A stretch of DNA of 41,765 bases from Candidatus Cellulosilyticum pullistercoris (lineage in GTDB: Bacteria > Bacillota > Clostridia > Lachnospirales > Cellulosilyticaceae), in contig JAHLFQ010000022.1 of assembly GCA_018883705.1 (NCBI GenBank), forward strand, positions 1 through 41,765, in the 5' to 3' direction. A program made the position numbers and the translations under genes. The notes below the pieces were generated by a model. The model was not told the origin of the DNA and made no database searches. It saw only the letters and a list, made by a program, of their open reading frames with translations. Below, piece after piece: positions 9,328 through 19,732 of this stretch; within the stretch, counting starts at the first letter, position 1; each line of letters opens with the position of its first letter.

Positions 9328-10407
9328 ATGCGTCGAGTATTTAACTTTTCAGCAGGTCCGGGAGCACTTCCATTAGAAGTGTTAGAAAAAGCACAACAAG
9401 AACTCATATGCTATGGTGATAGTGGAATGAGTGTTATGGAGATGAGTCATCGTTCGAAAGATTATGATGCCATTATAAAAAGTGCAGAAGCTAAACTAAG
9501 AGAAGTTATGGGCATTCCAGCAAACTATAAAGTTTTATTTTTACAAGGTGGGGCATCTCTTCAATTTGCCATGATTCCTTTAAATTTACTTAGAAAGTCT
9601 TTTAAAGCAGACTACATAGAATCAGGACAATTTGCATCTAAAGCACTAAAGGAAGCACAGAAATTCGGAACTATTAATGTTGTTGCTTCCTCAAAAGCCG
9701 ATCAATATAGTTATATTCCTAAGGTAGCAAAAGAAGATTTTGATCCAGAAGCAGACTATGTTTATATTTGTGACAATAATACAATCTATGGTACTAAATT
9801 CCATGAATATCCAGACACAGGTGATGTACCACTTGTGGCAGACATGTCTTCATGCATTTTGTCTGAACCAGTTGATGTTAGTAAGTTTGGTATTATTTAT
9901 GCAGGGGCACAAAAGAATCTTGGACCTGCAGGGGTAACACTTGTCATTATTCGTGAAGATTTAATTGGGCATGCAAAAGAAAATACACCAGCTATGCTTG
10001 ATTATAAACTTATGGCAGATAATCATTCTATGTACAATACGCCACCAACTTATGGTATTTATATGCTTAAATTAATGTTTGAATGGATTGAAGCACAAGG
10101 TGGGGTAAAAGAATTAGAAAAGAGAAATAAGGCAAAAGCAGAGCTTCTCTATAACTTCTTAGATCAATCTAAATTATTTAAAGGAACAGCACGTAAAGAA
10201 GATCGTTCTATGATGAATGTAACTTTTGTAACAGGTGATCCAGAGCTAGATGCTAAATTCGTTAAGGAAGCAGCAGCAGAAGGACTTGTAAGTCTAAAAG
10301 GACACAGAAGTGTGGGAGGTATGCGTGCAAGTATTTATAATGCAATGCCTATTGAAGGTGTACAAAAATTAGTAGATTTCATGAGGAAATTTGAGGCTGA
10401 AAATTAG
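9328..10407 (+). CDS. serC: Phosphoserine aminotransferase
   Basis: Motifs FNFSAGP, EMSHRS, QGGASLQF, AGAQKNLGP (PLP lysine) and GHRSVGGMRASIYNAMP. Confidence 0.97.
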   Translation: MRRVFNFSAGPGALPLEVLEKAQQELICYGDSGMSVMEMSHRSKDYDAIIKSAEAKLREVMGIPANYKVLFLQGGASLQFAMIPLNLLRKSFKADYIESGQFASKALKEAQKFGTINVVASSKADQYSYIPKVAKEDFDPEADYVYICDNNTIYGTKFHEYPDTGDVPLVADMSSCILSEPVDVSKFGIIYAGAQKNLGPAGVTLVIIREDLIGHAKENTPAMLDYKLMADNHSMYNTPPTYGIYMLKLMFEWIEAQGGVKELEKRNKAKAELLYNFLDQSKLFKGTARKEDRSMMNVTFVTGDPELDAKFVKEAAAEGLVSLKGHRSVGGMRASIYNAMPIEGVQKLVDFMRKFEAEN

Positions 10408-10418
10408 GGGGTAAGGTT

Positions 10419-11576
10419 TTGTATAATATTCATACATTAAATAAAATATCAAATAAAGGTCTCCAAGAACTTGGAGAGGCGTATCAAGTAATAGATACAT
10501 TAGAAGGCGCAGATGCCATTTTAGTAAGAAGTGCTAAAATGCACGATATGGTTTTACCTGAAAGTGTGTTAGCGATAGCAAGAGCAGGAGCTGGTGTTAA
10601 TAATATTCCAATTGATACCTATGCAGAAAAAGGTATTGTGGTATTTAATACACCTGGTGCCAATGCAAATGCTGTAAAAGAACTTGTGTTATGTGGCTTA
10701 TTACTTGCGTCTCGTAAAGTAGTAGAGGGTATAAATTGGTCAAAGACGCTTAAAGAAGATGTAGCAAAAGCCGTAGAAAAAGGTAAAAGTGCTTTTGCAG
10801 GGCAAGAAATACTAGGTAAAAAGTTAGGTGTGATTGGGTTAGGGGCTATTGGTGTTATGGTAGCTAATGCGGCACAAGCGTTAGGGATGGAAGTGATTGG
10901 CTATGATCCCTATATTTCAGTTGATGCTGCTTGGGGATTATCAAGAGATATTAAACATGCTACTACTTTAGAGGAGGTATATAGTCAATCAGATTATATT
11001 ACAGTCCATGTACCTTTATTAGATAGTACAAAACATATGTTTAATAAAGAAGCGTTTGCTAAGATGAAAACAGGGGTGAAATTATTAAACTTCTCTAGAG
11101 ATACACTTGTTGAAAATAATGATTTAAAAGTAGCATTAGATGAAGGGAAAGTAGCTACTTATGTAACAGATTTTCCTGTTGAAGAAGTATTAGGACATGA
11201 TCAGATTATTACGATTCCTCACCTTGGAGCTTCTACTGAAGAGTCTGAGGAAAACTGTGCAGTTATGGCAGTTAAAGAGATTAAGGATTATCTAGAACAG
11301 GGTAATATTACACATTCTGTTAATTATCCTGAATGTCAAATGATATGGAATGGTTGTGCACGTATTGCTATTGCACATAAAAATATCCCTGCTATTTTAG
11401 GAAAGATTACAGCTGTAATTGCTGATGCAGGTATGAATATTCAAGATATGACAAATAGAAGTAGAGGAGACTATGCCTATACACTAATTGATGTTGCCGA
11501 AGATGCTTCAGAAAAAGTGTTAGAAGCAATCAGTGCCATTGAAAATGTAATCAAAGTACGTTACTTAACAAAATAG
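10419..11576 (+). CDS. serA: D-3-phosphoglycerate dehydrogenase with C-terminal ACT domain (TTG start)
   Basis: Motifs ARAGAGVNNI, GLGAIG, PHLGAST and ACT HKNIP. Adjacent to serC. Confidence 0.9.
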   Translation: MYNIHTLNKISNKGLQELGEAYQVIDTLEGADAILVRSAKMHDMVLPESVLAIARAGAGVNNIPIDTYAEKGIVVFNTPGANANAVKELVLCGLLLASRKVVEGINWSKTLKEDVAKAVEKGKSAFAGQEILGKKLGVIGLGAIGVMVANAAQALGMEVIGYDPYISVDAAWGLSRDIKHATTLEEVYSQSDYITVHVPLLDSTKHMFNKEAFAKMKTGVKLLNFSRDTLVENNDLKVALDEGKVATYVTDFPVEEVLGHDQIITIPHLGASTEESEENCAVMAVKEIKDYLEQGNITHSVNYPECQMIWNGCARIAIAHKNIPAILGKITAVIADAGMNIQDMTNRSRGDYAYTLIDVAEDASEKVLEAISAIENVIKVRYLTK

Positions 11577-11593
11577 AATGAGTAAATGGTATT

Positions 11594-11631
11594 AAAAGAA
11601 GGAATTAAGGAAACTTGATTCCTTCTTTTTT
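11594..11631 (+). terminator. Rho-independent terminator
   Basis: aaaagaaggaattaag-gaaa-cttgattccttctttttt. Confidence 0.85.
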
Positions 11632-11766
11632 AGCATATAAAAATGCCTGTCTAACAAAGATAAAAAAGAATGTATATACAAGATTGTGATTGAGTCTTTA
11701 TATATTTTTGAAAATATATATAATAATATGTTTTATAGATAAAACAAATAAAAATGACTCTTGTGG

Positions 11767-11795
11767 TTGTTTGATTATTGAAAAAAATGTATAAT
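11767..11795 (+). promoter_or_regulatory. Putative sigmaA promoter of the rnf operon
   Basis: TTGTTT-17 nt-TATAAT. Confidence 0.5.
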
Positions 11796-11836
11796 TTTTA
11801 TGAGTTAAAAAAATATATGGTTAAAGGAGGAACAAT

Positions 11837-13153
11837 ATGAAAAGGCTAACCTTTAAAAAAGGGATACATCTAAACTATCATAAAGAGGCTACAGCTGATA
11901 AAAAGATAGAGCTGATGTTACCTAATAAGGAGTTGGTATTTCCTATGTCTCAACATATTGGGGCACCATGTGTACCTATTGTCAAAAAAGGTGATTATGT
12001 GTATGTGGGACAAAAAATAGGTCAAGCAGATGGATTTATGTCGGTACCTATTCATAGTTCTGTTTCTGGAATAGTTAAAACAATAGAAACAAGGATGACC
12101 TTTAAAGGTGTTAGAGACAATTGTGTGGTAATAGAAAATGATGGACTCTATGAAGAAGAACCACAAATGAAGGAACACATCAAACAAGTAGATGAAAATC
12201 TAACAAAAGAAGCACTCATTGAATGTATAAAAGAAGCAGGTATTGTTGGGATGGGAGGCGCAACTTTTCCAATGCATGTCAAATTATCTACACCACCTGA
12301 CAAGAAAGTATCTTATATTCTTGTTAATGGTGCAGAGTGTGAACCTTATCTAACCTCAGATCATCGTGTAATGTTAGAGTATGGAGAAGAAGTCATTAAG
12401 GGATTAAGTATTTTATTGCATGTCTTTAAAGAAGCACAGGCTATTATAGGAATTGAAGACAATAAGATGGATGCTTTTGAACATATGACTCAATTAGCAA
12501 AAGGGACACCTATTAAAGTACAACTATTACATACTAAATATCCACAAGGATCAGAAAAACATCTTATTTATTCACTTACACAACAAGAAGTACCGAGTGG
12601 AAAACTTCCAATAGATGTAGGATGCCTTGTTCATAATGTAGATTCTGTTGTTGCAGTTTATCGTGCGGTAACAAAAGGACAACCTGTTACAAGGCGTATT
12701 GTTACAGTGGCTGGAGGTGCTGTTAAAAAACCTTGTAATTTAGAAGTTAAAATTGGAACTTCTTTTAGAGAAGTGCTTGAATATGCAGAAGTTGATTTAG
12801 AAAAAGTCATTAAACTAATTGCAGGTGGACCTATGATGGGAGTTGCTATATCAGATATTGATATACCCATTATGAAAGGGACATCTGCTATTCTTTGCCT
12901 TACAGAAGAAGAAGTTAGTAAAGAAAAACCTTCAAGTTGTATTCGTTGTGGTAAGTGCATAGATGTTTGTCCAATGAAATTAATGCCAAATGCCCTTCAA
13001 AAAAGTGCTATAAATGGACACTATGATGCGTTTCTTAATAAGCATGGAATGGAGTGTATTGAGTGTGGATGTTGTGCTTATACTTGTCCTGCAAAAAGAG
13101 AAATTGTACAAAGTATTCGTACGGCAAAATCAGTTATACGTAATAAAAAGTAA
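11837..13153 (+). CDS. rnfC: Rnf electron transport complex subunit C
   Basis: Motifs QHIGAP, GMGGATFP, NGAECEPYLTSD, GGPMMG and two CxxCxxCxxxCP clusters. Confidence 0.96.
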   Translation: MKRLTFKKGIHLNYHKEATADKKIELMLPNKELVFPMSQHIGAPCVPIVKKGDYVYVGQKIGQADGFMSVPIHSSVSGIVKTIETRMTFKGVRDNCVVIENDGLYEEEPQMKEHIKQVDENLTKEALIECIKEAGIVGMGGATFPMHVKLSTPPDKKVSYILVNGAECEPYLTSDHRVMLEYGEEVIKGLSILLHVFKEAQAIIGIEDNKMDAFEHMTQLAKGTPIKVQLLHTKYPQGSEKHLIYSLTQQEVPSGKLPIDVGCLVHNVDSVVAVYRAVTKGQPVTRRIVTVAGGAVKKPCNLEVKIGTSFREVLEYAEVDLEKVIKLIAGGPMMGVAISDIDIPIMKGTSAILCLTEEEVSKEKPSSCIRCGKCIDVCPMKLMPNALQKSAINGHYDAFLNKHGMECIECGCCAYTCPAKREIVQSIRTAKSVIRNKK

Positions 13154-13170
13154 TAAAAGGAGAATGAAAA

Positions 13171-14133
13171 GTGGAAAAGATGTTAATTGTTTCATCATCC
13201 CCACATGCTAAAGCAAAACATACAACAAGAAGTATTATGCTTGATGTTATTATTGCCTTAATACCTGTATTATTAGTAAGTATTTACTTTTATGGATTAA
13301 GAGCATTACTTCTTACAATTGTAAGTGTGATTTCATGTGTTGGTTTTGAATGGTTATGGGGAAAATGTTTTAAAAGACCTATTACCATTAAAGATTTGAG
13401 TGCAGTTGTAACGGGTATTTTGCTTGCATATAATGTGCCAGCAAGTGCCCCTATATATGTTGTTGTTATTGGAGCGTTTGTAGCAATTATTTTTGCTAAA
13501 CAAGTTTTTGGTGGGATTGGGCAAAATTTTATTAATCCAGCTTTAGCTGCAAGAGCTTTTTTACTTGCTGGTTATAGTACAGCAATGAGAACTTTTAATG
13601 TACCAACACCAGGTCAACTATTCCCATCAGTAGATGTCGTAACAAGTGCAACACCGCTTGAACTTATGCAAAATGGTATGACACAAGAATTACCTAGTCT
13701 TATGGACAGTTTGGTTGGGAATATTGGAGGATGTATTGGTGAAGCATCAGCGATAGCCCTTTTAGTAGGTGCTATTTACTTGCTTGTTAAAAAGGTTATT
13801 ACTTGGCATATTCCAGTATGTTACATAGGAACTGTATTTGTACTTACATTCTTATTCAATGGATTTAATCTATACGAAAGCTTCTATTCATTATTTTTAG
13901 GTGGTTTAATTCTAGGTGCATTTTTTATGGCAACCGACTATACAACTACACCTATGACTATAAAAGGACAAATTATTTTTGCAGTAGGAGCCGGACTTCT
14001 AACGACATTAATCCGTTTATTTGGAGGATATCCTGAAGGTGTTAGCTATAGTATATTAATCATGAATTTAGTAGTACCACTAATTGATAAGTATATTAAA
14101 ATCCATCGATTTGGAGAGGGGGAGAAAGCATGA
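13171..14133 (+). CDS. rnfD: Rnf subunit D (GTG start)
   Basis: Motifs SSSPH, FGGIGQNFINPA, FMN-binding SATPL and FMATDYTTTP. Confidence 0.96.
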   Translation: MEKMLIVSSSPHAKAKHTTRSIMLDVIIALIPVLLVSIYFYGLRALLLTIVSVISCVGFEWLWGKCFKRPITIKDLSAVVTGILLAYNVPASAPIYVVVIGAFVAIIFAKQVFGGIGQNFINPALAARAFLLAGYSTAMRTFNVPTPGQLFPSVDVVTSATPLELMQNGMTQELPSLMDSLVGNIGGCIGEASAIALLVGAIYLLVKKVITWHIPVCYIGTVFVLTFLFNGFNLYESFYSLFLGGLILGAFFMATDYTTTPMTIKGQIIFAVGAGLLTTLIRLFGGYPEGVSYSILIMNLVVPLIDKYIKIHRFGEGEKA

Positions 14134-14693
14134 ATCATCCATTAAAACTTGGTGCCATTCTTTTTCTTCTGACAGCTATTTGTGTAGGTATTTTAGGTGC
14201 GGTTAATGAGATTACTAAACCTATTATTGAAAAAAATGAAATTGCAACAGAAGAAGCAACTATGCGTCAGTTAATTACAACAGCAGAAAGTTTTGAAAAT
14301 GTAAATTTGACCGATGAAAGTATGATTAAGAAAGTATCTATTGCAAAACAAGGAAACCAAACGGTTGGTTATGTATTACGTGTAGAACCTAATGGTTATG
14401 GTGGAGCGATTAAATTATTAATCGGCATAGATCAAGAAGAGGTTGTAAAGGGTATTAGTATCTTAGAACATTCAGAAACCCCTGGGTTCGGAGCTAGCGC
14501 GGATAGTGATGATTTCAAAAATCAATTTATTGATAAGATAGCACCTTTAACAGTCAGCAAAAGTGCCACAAGTGAAGATGAAATTCAAGCCATTACAGGT
14601 GCTACAATTACATCTACTGCTATTACAGACGCAGTTAATACAGCGGTAGAATACGTAAAGAATCATAAGATGGAATGGGGGAATATATCATGA
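14130..14693 (+). CDS. rnfG: Rnf subunit G
   Basis: N-terminal TM segment; motifs GYGG, ETPG and FMN-binding TGATITS. Confidence 0.95.
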   Translation: MNHPLKLGAILFLLTAICVGILGAVNEITKPIIEKNEIATEEATMRQLITTAESFENVNLTDESMIKKVSIAKQGNQTVGYVLRVEPNGYGGAIKLLIGIDQEEVVKGISILEHSETPGFGASADSDDFKNQFIDKIAPLTVSKSATSEDEIQAITGATITSTAITDAVNTAVEYVKNHKMEWGNIS

Positions 14694-15286
14694 CTCAATT
14701 AGCTGAACGTTTAAAAGCCGGTATTATTAAAGATAATCCGACTTTCGTACAAGTCTTGGGGATGTGTCCAACATTAGCTGTTACAACAAGTGCAATTAAT
14801 GCAATTGGTATGGGGCTTTCAACAACAGCAGTACTTATTTGCTCCAACTTTGCGATTTCGCTTATTAGAAATCTTATTCCATCAAAAATTAGAATTCCTT
14901 CTTTTATTGTTGTTATAGCAAGTTTTGTAACCGTAGTTGAATTTTTACTTAAAGCATATATACCAGCTTTATATAGCAGTTTAGGTCTCTTTATTCCGCT
15001 CATTGTTGTAAACTGTATTATTTTAGGACGAGCAGAGGCATATGCATCAAAGAACAAACCGATTGCTTCTATATTTGATGGATTGGGCATGGGGCTTGGA
15101 TTTACAACATCCTTAACAGTAATCGGTTGTATTAGAGAATTATTAGGTGTTGGTACATTATTTGGCATACAAATTATGCCAAGTTTTTACACACCTGCCA
15201 CGGTTATGATTTTAGCACCTGGTGCGTTTTTTACATTAGGTATTTTAATGGCTATATTAAATTCAGTTAAAGCCAATAAAAAGTAG
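14690..15286 (+). CDS. rnfE: Rnf subunit E
   Basis: Motifs LGMCPTLAVT, IPLIVVNCIILGRAE and APGAF. ATGA overlap with rnfG. Confidence 0.95.
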   Translation: MTQLAERLKAGIIKDNPTFVQVLGMCPTLAVTTSAINAIGMGLSTTAVLICSNFAISLIRNLIPSKIRIPSFIVVIASFVTVVEFLLKAYIPALYSSLGLFIPLIVVNCIILGRAEAYASKNKPIASIFDGLGMGLGFTTSLTVIGCIRELLGVGTLFGIQIMPSFYTPATVMILAPGAFFTLGILMAILNSVKANKK

Positions 15287-15297
15287 GAGGAAGAAAA

Positions 15298-15879
15298 ATG
15301 AATTTAATACTATTATTCATTGGAGCAGCCCTTGTCAATAACTTTGTTTTAGTCAAGTTTTTAGGAATTTGTGCGTTCCTAGGTGTTTCAAAAAAGGTTG
15401 AGACTGCACTTGGAATGGGGGCAGCTGTTACCTTTGTAATGGGTATTGCTTCTATGTGTAGTTTTCTTGTCTATAAATACATATTGGTACAATTTCATTT
15501 AGAGTATTTATATACGCTAGCATTTATTTTAGTAATAGCTTCTTTAGTACAGTTTGTTGAAATGGTTATTCAGAAGATGAGTCCTTCATTATATAGTGCA
15601 TTGGGAGTTTATTTACCACTTATTACGACAAATTGTGCCGTTTTAGGTGTAGCAGTGCTAAATATGCAAAAAGCATATACTTTAGTTCAATCTGTAGTTA
15701 ATGGGGTAGGTGCAGCAATAGGATTTACAATTGCCATGCTTCTTATGGCAGGTATTAGAGAGCGTGTAGAAGATAATGAAGTATTATCTGGGTTTAAAGG
15801 TCTACCCCTAGTACTGATGATTGCGGGATTTATGGCACTTGCTTTTTCAGGTTTTCAAAACCTAATTCCAAATATATAA
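15298..15879 (+). CDS. rnfA: Rnf subunit A
   Basis: Motifs NNFVLVKFLGIC and LPLITTNCAVLG. Confidence 0.96.
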   Translation: MNLILLFIGAALVNNFVLVKFLGICAFLGVSKKVETALGMGAAVTFVMGIASMCSFLVYKYILVQFHLEYLYTLAFILVIASLVQFVEMVIQKMSPSLYSALGVYLPLITTNCAVLGVAVLNMQKAYTLVQSVVNGVGAAIGFTIAMLLMAGIRERVEDNEVLSGFKGLPLVLMIAGFMALAFSGFQNLIPNI

Positions 15880-15894
15880 GAAGGAGGAATGAAC

Positions 15895-16761
15895 ATGAAT
15901 GTATCAGCAATTTTATCACCCATAATCACTATTGGTGGCATGGGCCTTCTCTTTGGATTAGGTCTGGGTATGGCTGCTAAGAAGTTTGCGGTACCAGTTG
16001 ATGAACGTGTAGATAGTATAAAAGAAAATTTACCAGGTGCTAACTGTGGAGGCTGTGGATTTGCAGGATGTGAAGCTATGGCAAAATCTATTGCTTCAGG
16101 TGAAAGTAAAATAAATGCTTGTCCTGTTTGTAATGAAGCACAAATTAAAGCTATCGCAAAGGTTATGAACATGGAGGCCGATATAACTGAGAAAAAAGTG
16201 GCTGTGCTTAGATGTAAAGGAAATACAGAGAATGCTAAGCAAAAATTTGAATATGCAGGTATCGCCACATGCCAAGATGCTCACTTGTTAGGAGGAGGAC
16301 CTAAGGTGTGTAGCTATGGATGTCTCGGATATGGTTCTTGTGTGGCGCAGTGTCAATTTGGTGCAATGCACATGGAAGAAGGCCTACCTGTTATTGACCG
16401 TGAGAAGTGTGTGGGATGTGGTGCTTGTGAAAGACAATGCCCACGCCAAGTGATTCATCTTGTACCAGTTAATAGCAGTTATCATGTAAATTGTATTTCC
16501 AAAGATAAAGGGAAGGATGTTAAAGCAGGATGCAAAGTGGGATGTATTGGTTGTGGTCTATGCGTTAAACAGTGTGATGTAGGGGCTATAGTACTTAAAG
16601 ACAATTATGCGCAAATAGATGCAAGTCTTTGTGTAGCTTGTGGCAAATGTAGCACAAAATGTCCAACAAATGCTATTTCTAATTTGCTTGATAATCTTGG
16701 AAAAGAGCATCTACCACTTGCAGTTAGCAATCAATCATTAAATGAAGGTATTTCTTTATAA
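15895..16761 (+). CDS. rnfB: Rnf subunit B (polyferredoxin)
   Basis: LPGANCGGCGFAGC plus several CxxCxxCxxxC motifs. Start chosen by spacing from RBS aggagg. Confidence 0.95.
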   Translation: MNVSAILSPIITIGGMGLLFGLGLGMAAKKFAVPVDERVDSIKENLPGANCGGCGFAGCEAMAKSIASGESKINACPVCNEAQIKAIAKVMNMEADITEKKVAVLRCKGNTENAKQKFEYAGIATCQDAHLLGGGPKVCSYGCLGYGSCVAQCQFGAMHMEEGLPVIDREKCVGCGACERQCPRQVIHLVPVNSSYHVNCISKDKGKDVKAGCKVGCIGCGLCVKQCDVGAIVLKDNYAQIDASLCVACGKCSTKCPTNAISNLLDNLGKEHLPLAVSNQSLNEGISL

Positions 16762-16803
16762 GAAATAATGAATTGCTAAGGTATAAAAGAGCAAACTAAA
16801 GAT

Positions 16804-16845
16804 AGAGGTAGGAAGTTCTACATGGAGCTTTTTACCTCTCTTTTT
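16804..16845 (+). terminator. Rho-independent terminator of the rnf operon
   Basis: agaggtaggaagttc...gagctttttacctct followed by a T-tract. Confidence 0.75.
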
Positions 16846-16912
16846 ACTAATTCTATAGATAAAATAAGAAGTAAGATGGCTGCTATAGAAGATGATCTAT
16901 AAAAAGAGAAAA

Positions 16913-16942
16913 GTGACACTTATTTTGATTTTAGTGTATAAT
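16913..16942 (+). promoter_or_regulatory. Putative sigmaA promoter
   Basis: GTGACA-18 nt-TATAAT. Confidence 0.55.
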
Positions 16943-16974
16943 AAGATACATCAGATAAATTAGGGGGGAGTAAT

Positions 16975-17241
16975 GTGGCAAATGGAACATCAAAGTTTGG
17001 TAATGTTTGGATTTTGTTACTGTGCATCCTATCAGGGTTAACAGTAGGATATTTCATAGGAAACCTATGTGATCATATATCATACCTTGAGTGGATGAAC
17101 TATACAGGCACATTTGGATTAGATCAGCCTATTCAAGTCAATCTAGGTGTGCTCTGGTTTTCTATTCAAGTAAAATTTAATATTACATTAGCAGCTGTAA
17201 TAGGTATGTTACTAGGAATAGCACTTTATAAAAAGATTTAG
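16975..17241 (+). CDS. DUF4321-family small membrane protein
   Basis: 88 aa, two hydrophobic ends, FGL-x-x-P-x-x-x-NLG pattern; typical position upstream of maf in clostridia. Confidence 0.75.
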   Translation: MANGTSKFGNVWILLLCILSGLTVGYFIGNLCDHISYLEWMNYTGTFGLDQPIQVNLGVLWFSIQVKFNITLAAVIGMLLGIALYKKI

Positions 17242-17264
17242 TTAAGTAGAAGGAGAAAAAGTAA

Positions 17265-17831
17265 ATGGAGTCATTAATTTTAGCATCAGGGTCTCCTAGA
17301 CGTAAAGAGCTTATGCAGATTTTGCCATGGCCATTTGAAGTAAAAACTAAAGAGGTAGTAGAAGTAATTAGTGAAACACTTTCGCCAGAAGAAAATGTAA
17401 AGGCATTAGCTTATCAAAAAGCAAGTGCAGTTGCAAAGGATTATCCAAGTCGCATAGTTATTGGTGCAGATACGGTTGTTTGCCTAGATGGAGAAATAAT
17501 GGGCAAACCACAAGATAGGATGCAGGCACAAATGATGTTAGAACGATTAAGTGGCAAGGAGCATCATGTGTATACGGGTGTTGCTATTATAGGTAGAGAT
17601 GAGGAAATTTCAGAAACGTTTTATGTGGAAACAAAGGTTAAAATGCAGTCTTTATCTAGAGAGGAAATTGAGGCCTATATTTTAACAAATGAACCTATGG
17701 ATAAAGCGGGGGCATATGGTATTCAAGGATATGGTGCAAGATATATTGAAAGAATTGAAGGGGATTATTATAGTGTGATGGGATTACCTGTTCATGCACT
17801 ATATGAAAAATTAAAAAAACAGTTTAAATAA
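17265..17831 (+). CDS. maf: Maf/YhdE nucleoside triphosphate pyrophosphatase
   Basis: Motifs ILASGSPRR, GADTVV, DKAGAYGIQG and VMGLP. Confidence 0.95.
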   Translation: MESLILASGSPRRKELMQILPWPFEVKTKEVVEVISETLSPEENVKALAYQKASAVAKDYPSRIVIGADTVVCLDGEIMGKPQDRMQAQMMLERLSGKEHHVYTGVAIIGRDEEISETFYVETKVKMQSLSREEIEAYILTNEPMDKAGAYGIQGYGARYIERIEGDYYSVMGLPVHALYEKLKKQFK

Positions 17832-17852
17832 GCCGTATAGGCTTATTTTTTT
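17826..17852 (+). terminator. Rho-independent terminator after maf
   Basis: aaataagcc-gtata-ggcttattttttt. Confidence 0.8.
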
Positions 17853-17922
17853 ATAGGCTTTTATGTCTATTTGTATGAATTTATTTTAATGTGGCGATAA
17901 TCTGAAAAAAAGGGGGTATTTT

Positions 17923-18612
17923 ATGGAAAATCAAGTACTCATATCAGAAGAAATGCCGTATGAAAAGTTTGAGAAATATGGATTAGAAGCCTTAACAAAT
18001 AGTGATTTATTAGCAATTCTACTACGAACAGGGACAAAGGAAATGAATGTAAAGCAACTGGCACAATATTTATTAGCGTATAGTACCAAGGGACAAAAAA
18101 GTTCATTAATTAGTTTATATGAGTTTTCTTATGAACAACTTCAGGGAATTAAAGGAATTGGCAAAATAAAAGCACTCCAAATTATGTCGCTTTTAGAACT
18201 TAGTAAGCGTATTGCTAAGGAAAGGCATGAGCCTAATACAAAAATTTCGTCGCCACGTATTTTATCTCAGTACTTTATGGAAGCACTCCGCCATGAGCAA
18301 AAGGAATGTTTTATAGTAACCTTTTTAGATGCTAAGTGTAAGATGATAGGCTACAAAATGATTTCTACAGGAAGCTTAACTGCCTCAGTCGTCCATCCTA
18401 GAGAAGTTTATAAAATAGCCATTCAAAAATCCGCCTATAGTATCATTGTACTTCATAATCATCCAAGTGGAGATCCCTCACCTAGTAAGGAAGATATACA
18501 AATAACTGAAAGATTAAAAAAAGTAGGTGAACTCATAGGAATTCCACTATTAGATCATATTATTATTGGAGATGGAATCTATAAGAGTTTAAAGGAAGAA
18601 AGTTACTTATAG
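17923..18612 (+). CDS. radC: RadC (JAB-domain) protein
   Basis: Motifs LLAILLRTG, HhH GIGKIKA, VHPRE, HNHPSGDP and LDHIIIG. Confidence 0.95.
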   Translation: MENQVLISEEMPYEKFEKYGLEALTNSDLLAILLRTGTKEMNVKQLAQYLLAYSTKGQKSSLISLYEFSYEQLQGIKGIGKIKALQIMSLLELSKRIAKERHEPNTKISSPRILSQYFMEALRHEQKECFIVTFLDAKCKMIGYKMISTGSLTASVVHPREVYKIAIQKSAYSIIVLHNHPSGDPSPSKEDIQITERLKKVGELIGIPLLDHIIIGDGIYKSLKEESYL

Positions 18613-18615
18613 TTG

Positions 18616-18644
18616 TTGAAAAAAGAAATAAAAAAAGGTATGAT
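18616..18644 (+). promoter_or_regulatory. SigmaA promoter of mreBCD
   Basis: TTGAAA-17 nt-TATGAT. Confidence 0.65.
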
Positions 18645-18704
18645 GGTAGATATGATATTTTGTCAATTAGCATATATAACATAGATTAATTTAGGAGGAT
18701 AAAT

Positions 18705-19715
18705 ATGTTTAGTAAAGATATGGGTATCGATCTTGGTACTGCAAATACACTTGTTTTTGTAAAAGGGAAGGGAATTGTTGTTAATGAACCTTCAGTAGTT
18801 GCTATAAAGGAAAAAACAAATGAAGTATTAGCTGTTGGTGATGAAGCAAAACAAATGATTGGTAGAACGCCTGGTAATATTGTTGCAATTAGGCCTCTTA
18901 AAGACGGTGTAATTGCGGATTTTGATACAACTTCAGCGATGCTTCGTTATTTTATCGGAAAAGCATATAAACAATCTTTATTTGGTTCAAAACCAAGAGT
19001 TATCGTATGTGTACCTTCTGGTGTTACATCTGTAGAGAAGCGTGCTGTAGAAGAAGCAACAGAAAAAGCAGGGGCTAAAAAAGCACTGATTATGGAAGAA
19101 CCAATGGCTGCTGCAATTGGAGCACACTTACGTGTAGAGGAGCCAACTGGAAACATGGTTGTTGATATCGGAGGTGGAACAACTGATGTGGCTGTTATCT
19201 CTTTAGGAGGAATTGTAGCTAGTAAATCGCTTCGTATTGCTGGTGATGAATTTGATGAATACATTGTTGCTTACATTAAGAGAGAATATAATTTAATGAT
19301 TGGTGAAAGAACAGCTGAACAAATTAAAATTACAATCGGTGCAGCTTATCCAACAGGACAAGATGAGACGATGGAAATTCGTGGTCGTGACCTTGTGACT
19401 GGGCTTCCTAAAGTACTCACTATTACATCTGCAGAAGTAACAGAAGCTATTAAGGAACCTGTCAACTCTATTATTGATGCTATTAAATTAACATTAGAAA
19501 AAACACCACCAGAGCTTGCAGCAGATATTATGGAAAGTGGTATCATGCTTACTGGAGGTGGCGCGCTTCTTAATGGTCTTGATACACTTATAGGTCTTGA
19601 AACAGGAATGCCAGTTAAGATTGCAGAAGACCCACTAGACTGTGTAGCTAAAGGAACAGGGTATGCTTTAGAAAATATAGAGAAATGGTCAGCTATCTTT
19701 GCTGATGAAAAATAA
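18705..19715 (+). CDS. mreB: Rod shape-determining protein MreB
   Basis: Motifs [25 protein letters not shown] and LTGGGALL. Confidence 0.97.
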   Translation: MFSKDMGIDLGTANTLVFVKGKGIVVNEPSVVAIKEKTNEVLAVGDEAKQMIGRTPGNIVAIRPLKDGVIADFDTTSAMLRYFIGKAYKQSLFGSKPRVIVCVPSGVTSVEKRAVEEATEKAGAKKALIMEEPMAAAIGAHLRVEEPTGNMVVDIGGGTTDVAVISLGGIVASKSLRIAGDEFDEYIVAYIKREYNLMIGERTAEQIKITIGAAYPTGQDETMEIRGRDLVTGLPKVLTITSAEVTEAIKEPVNSIIDAIKLTLEKTPPELAADIMESGIMLTGGGALLNGLDTLIGLETGMPVKIAEDPLDCVAKGTGYALENIEKWSAIFADEK

Positions 19716-19732
19716 AACAAGGAGCGATTACC

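Noticed and set aside
11632-11836. Rex operator upstream of rnfC
   Set aside because: No convincing match to TTGTTAA-N4-TTAACAA by eye.
17923-18612. radC as a marker of a mobile element or anti-defence locus
   Set aside because: It is the full-length chromosomal form in the standard maf-radC-mreB context.
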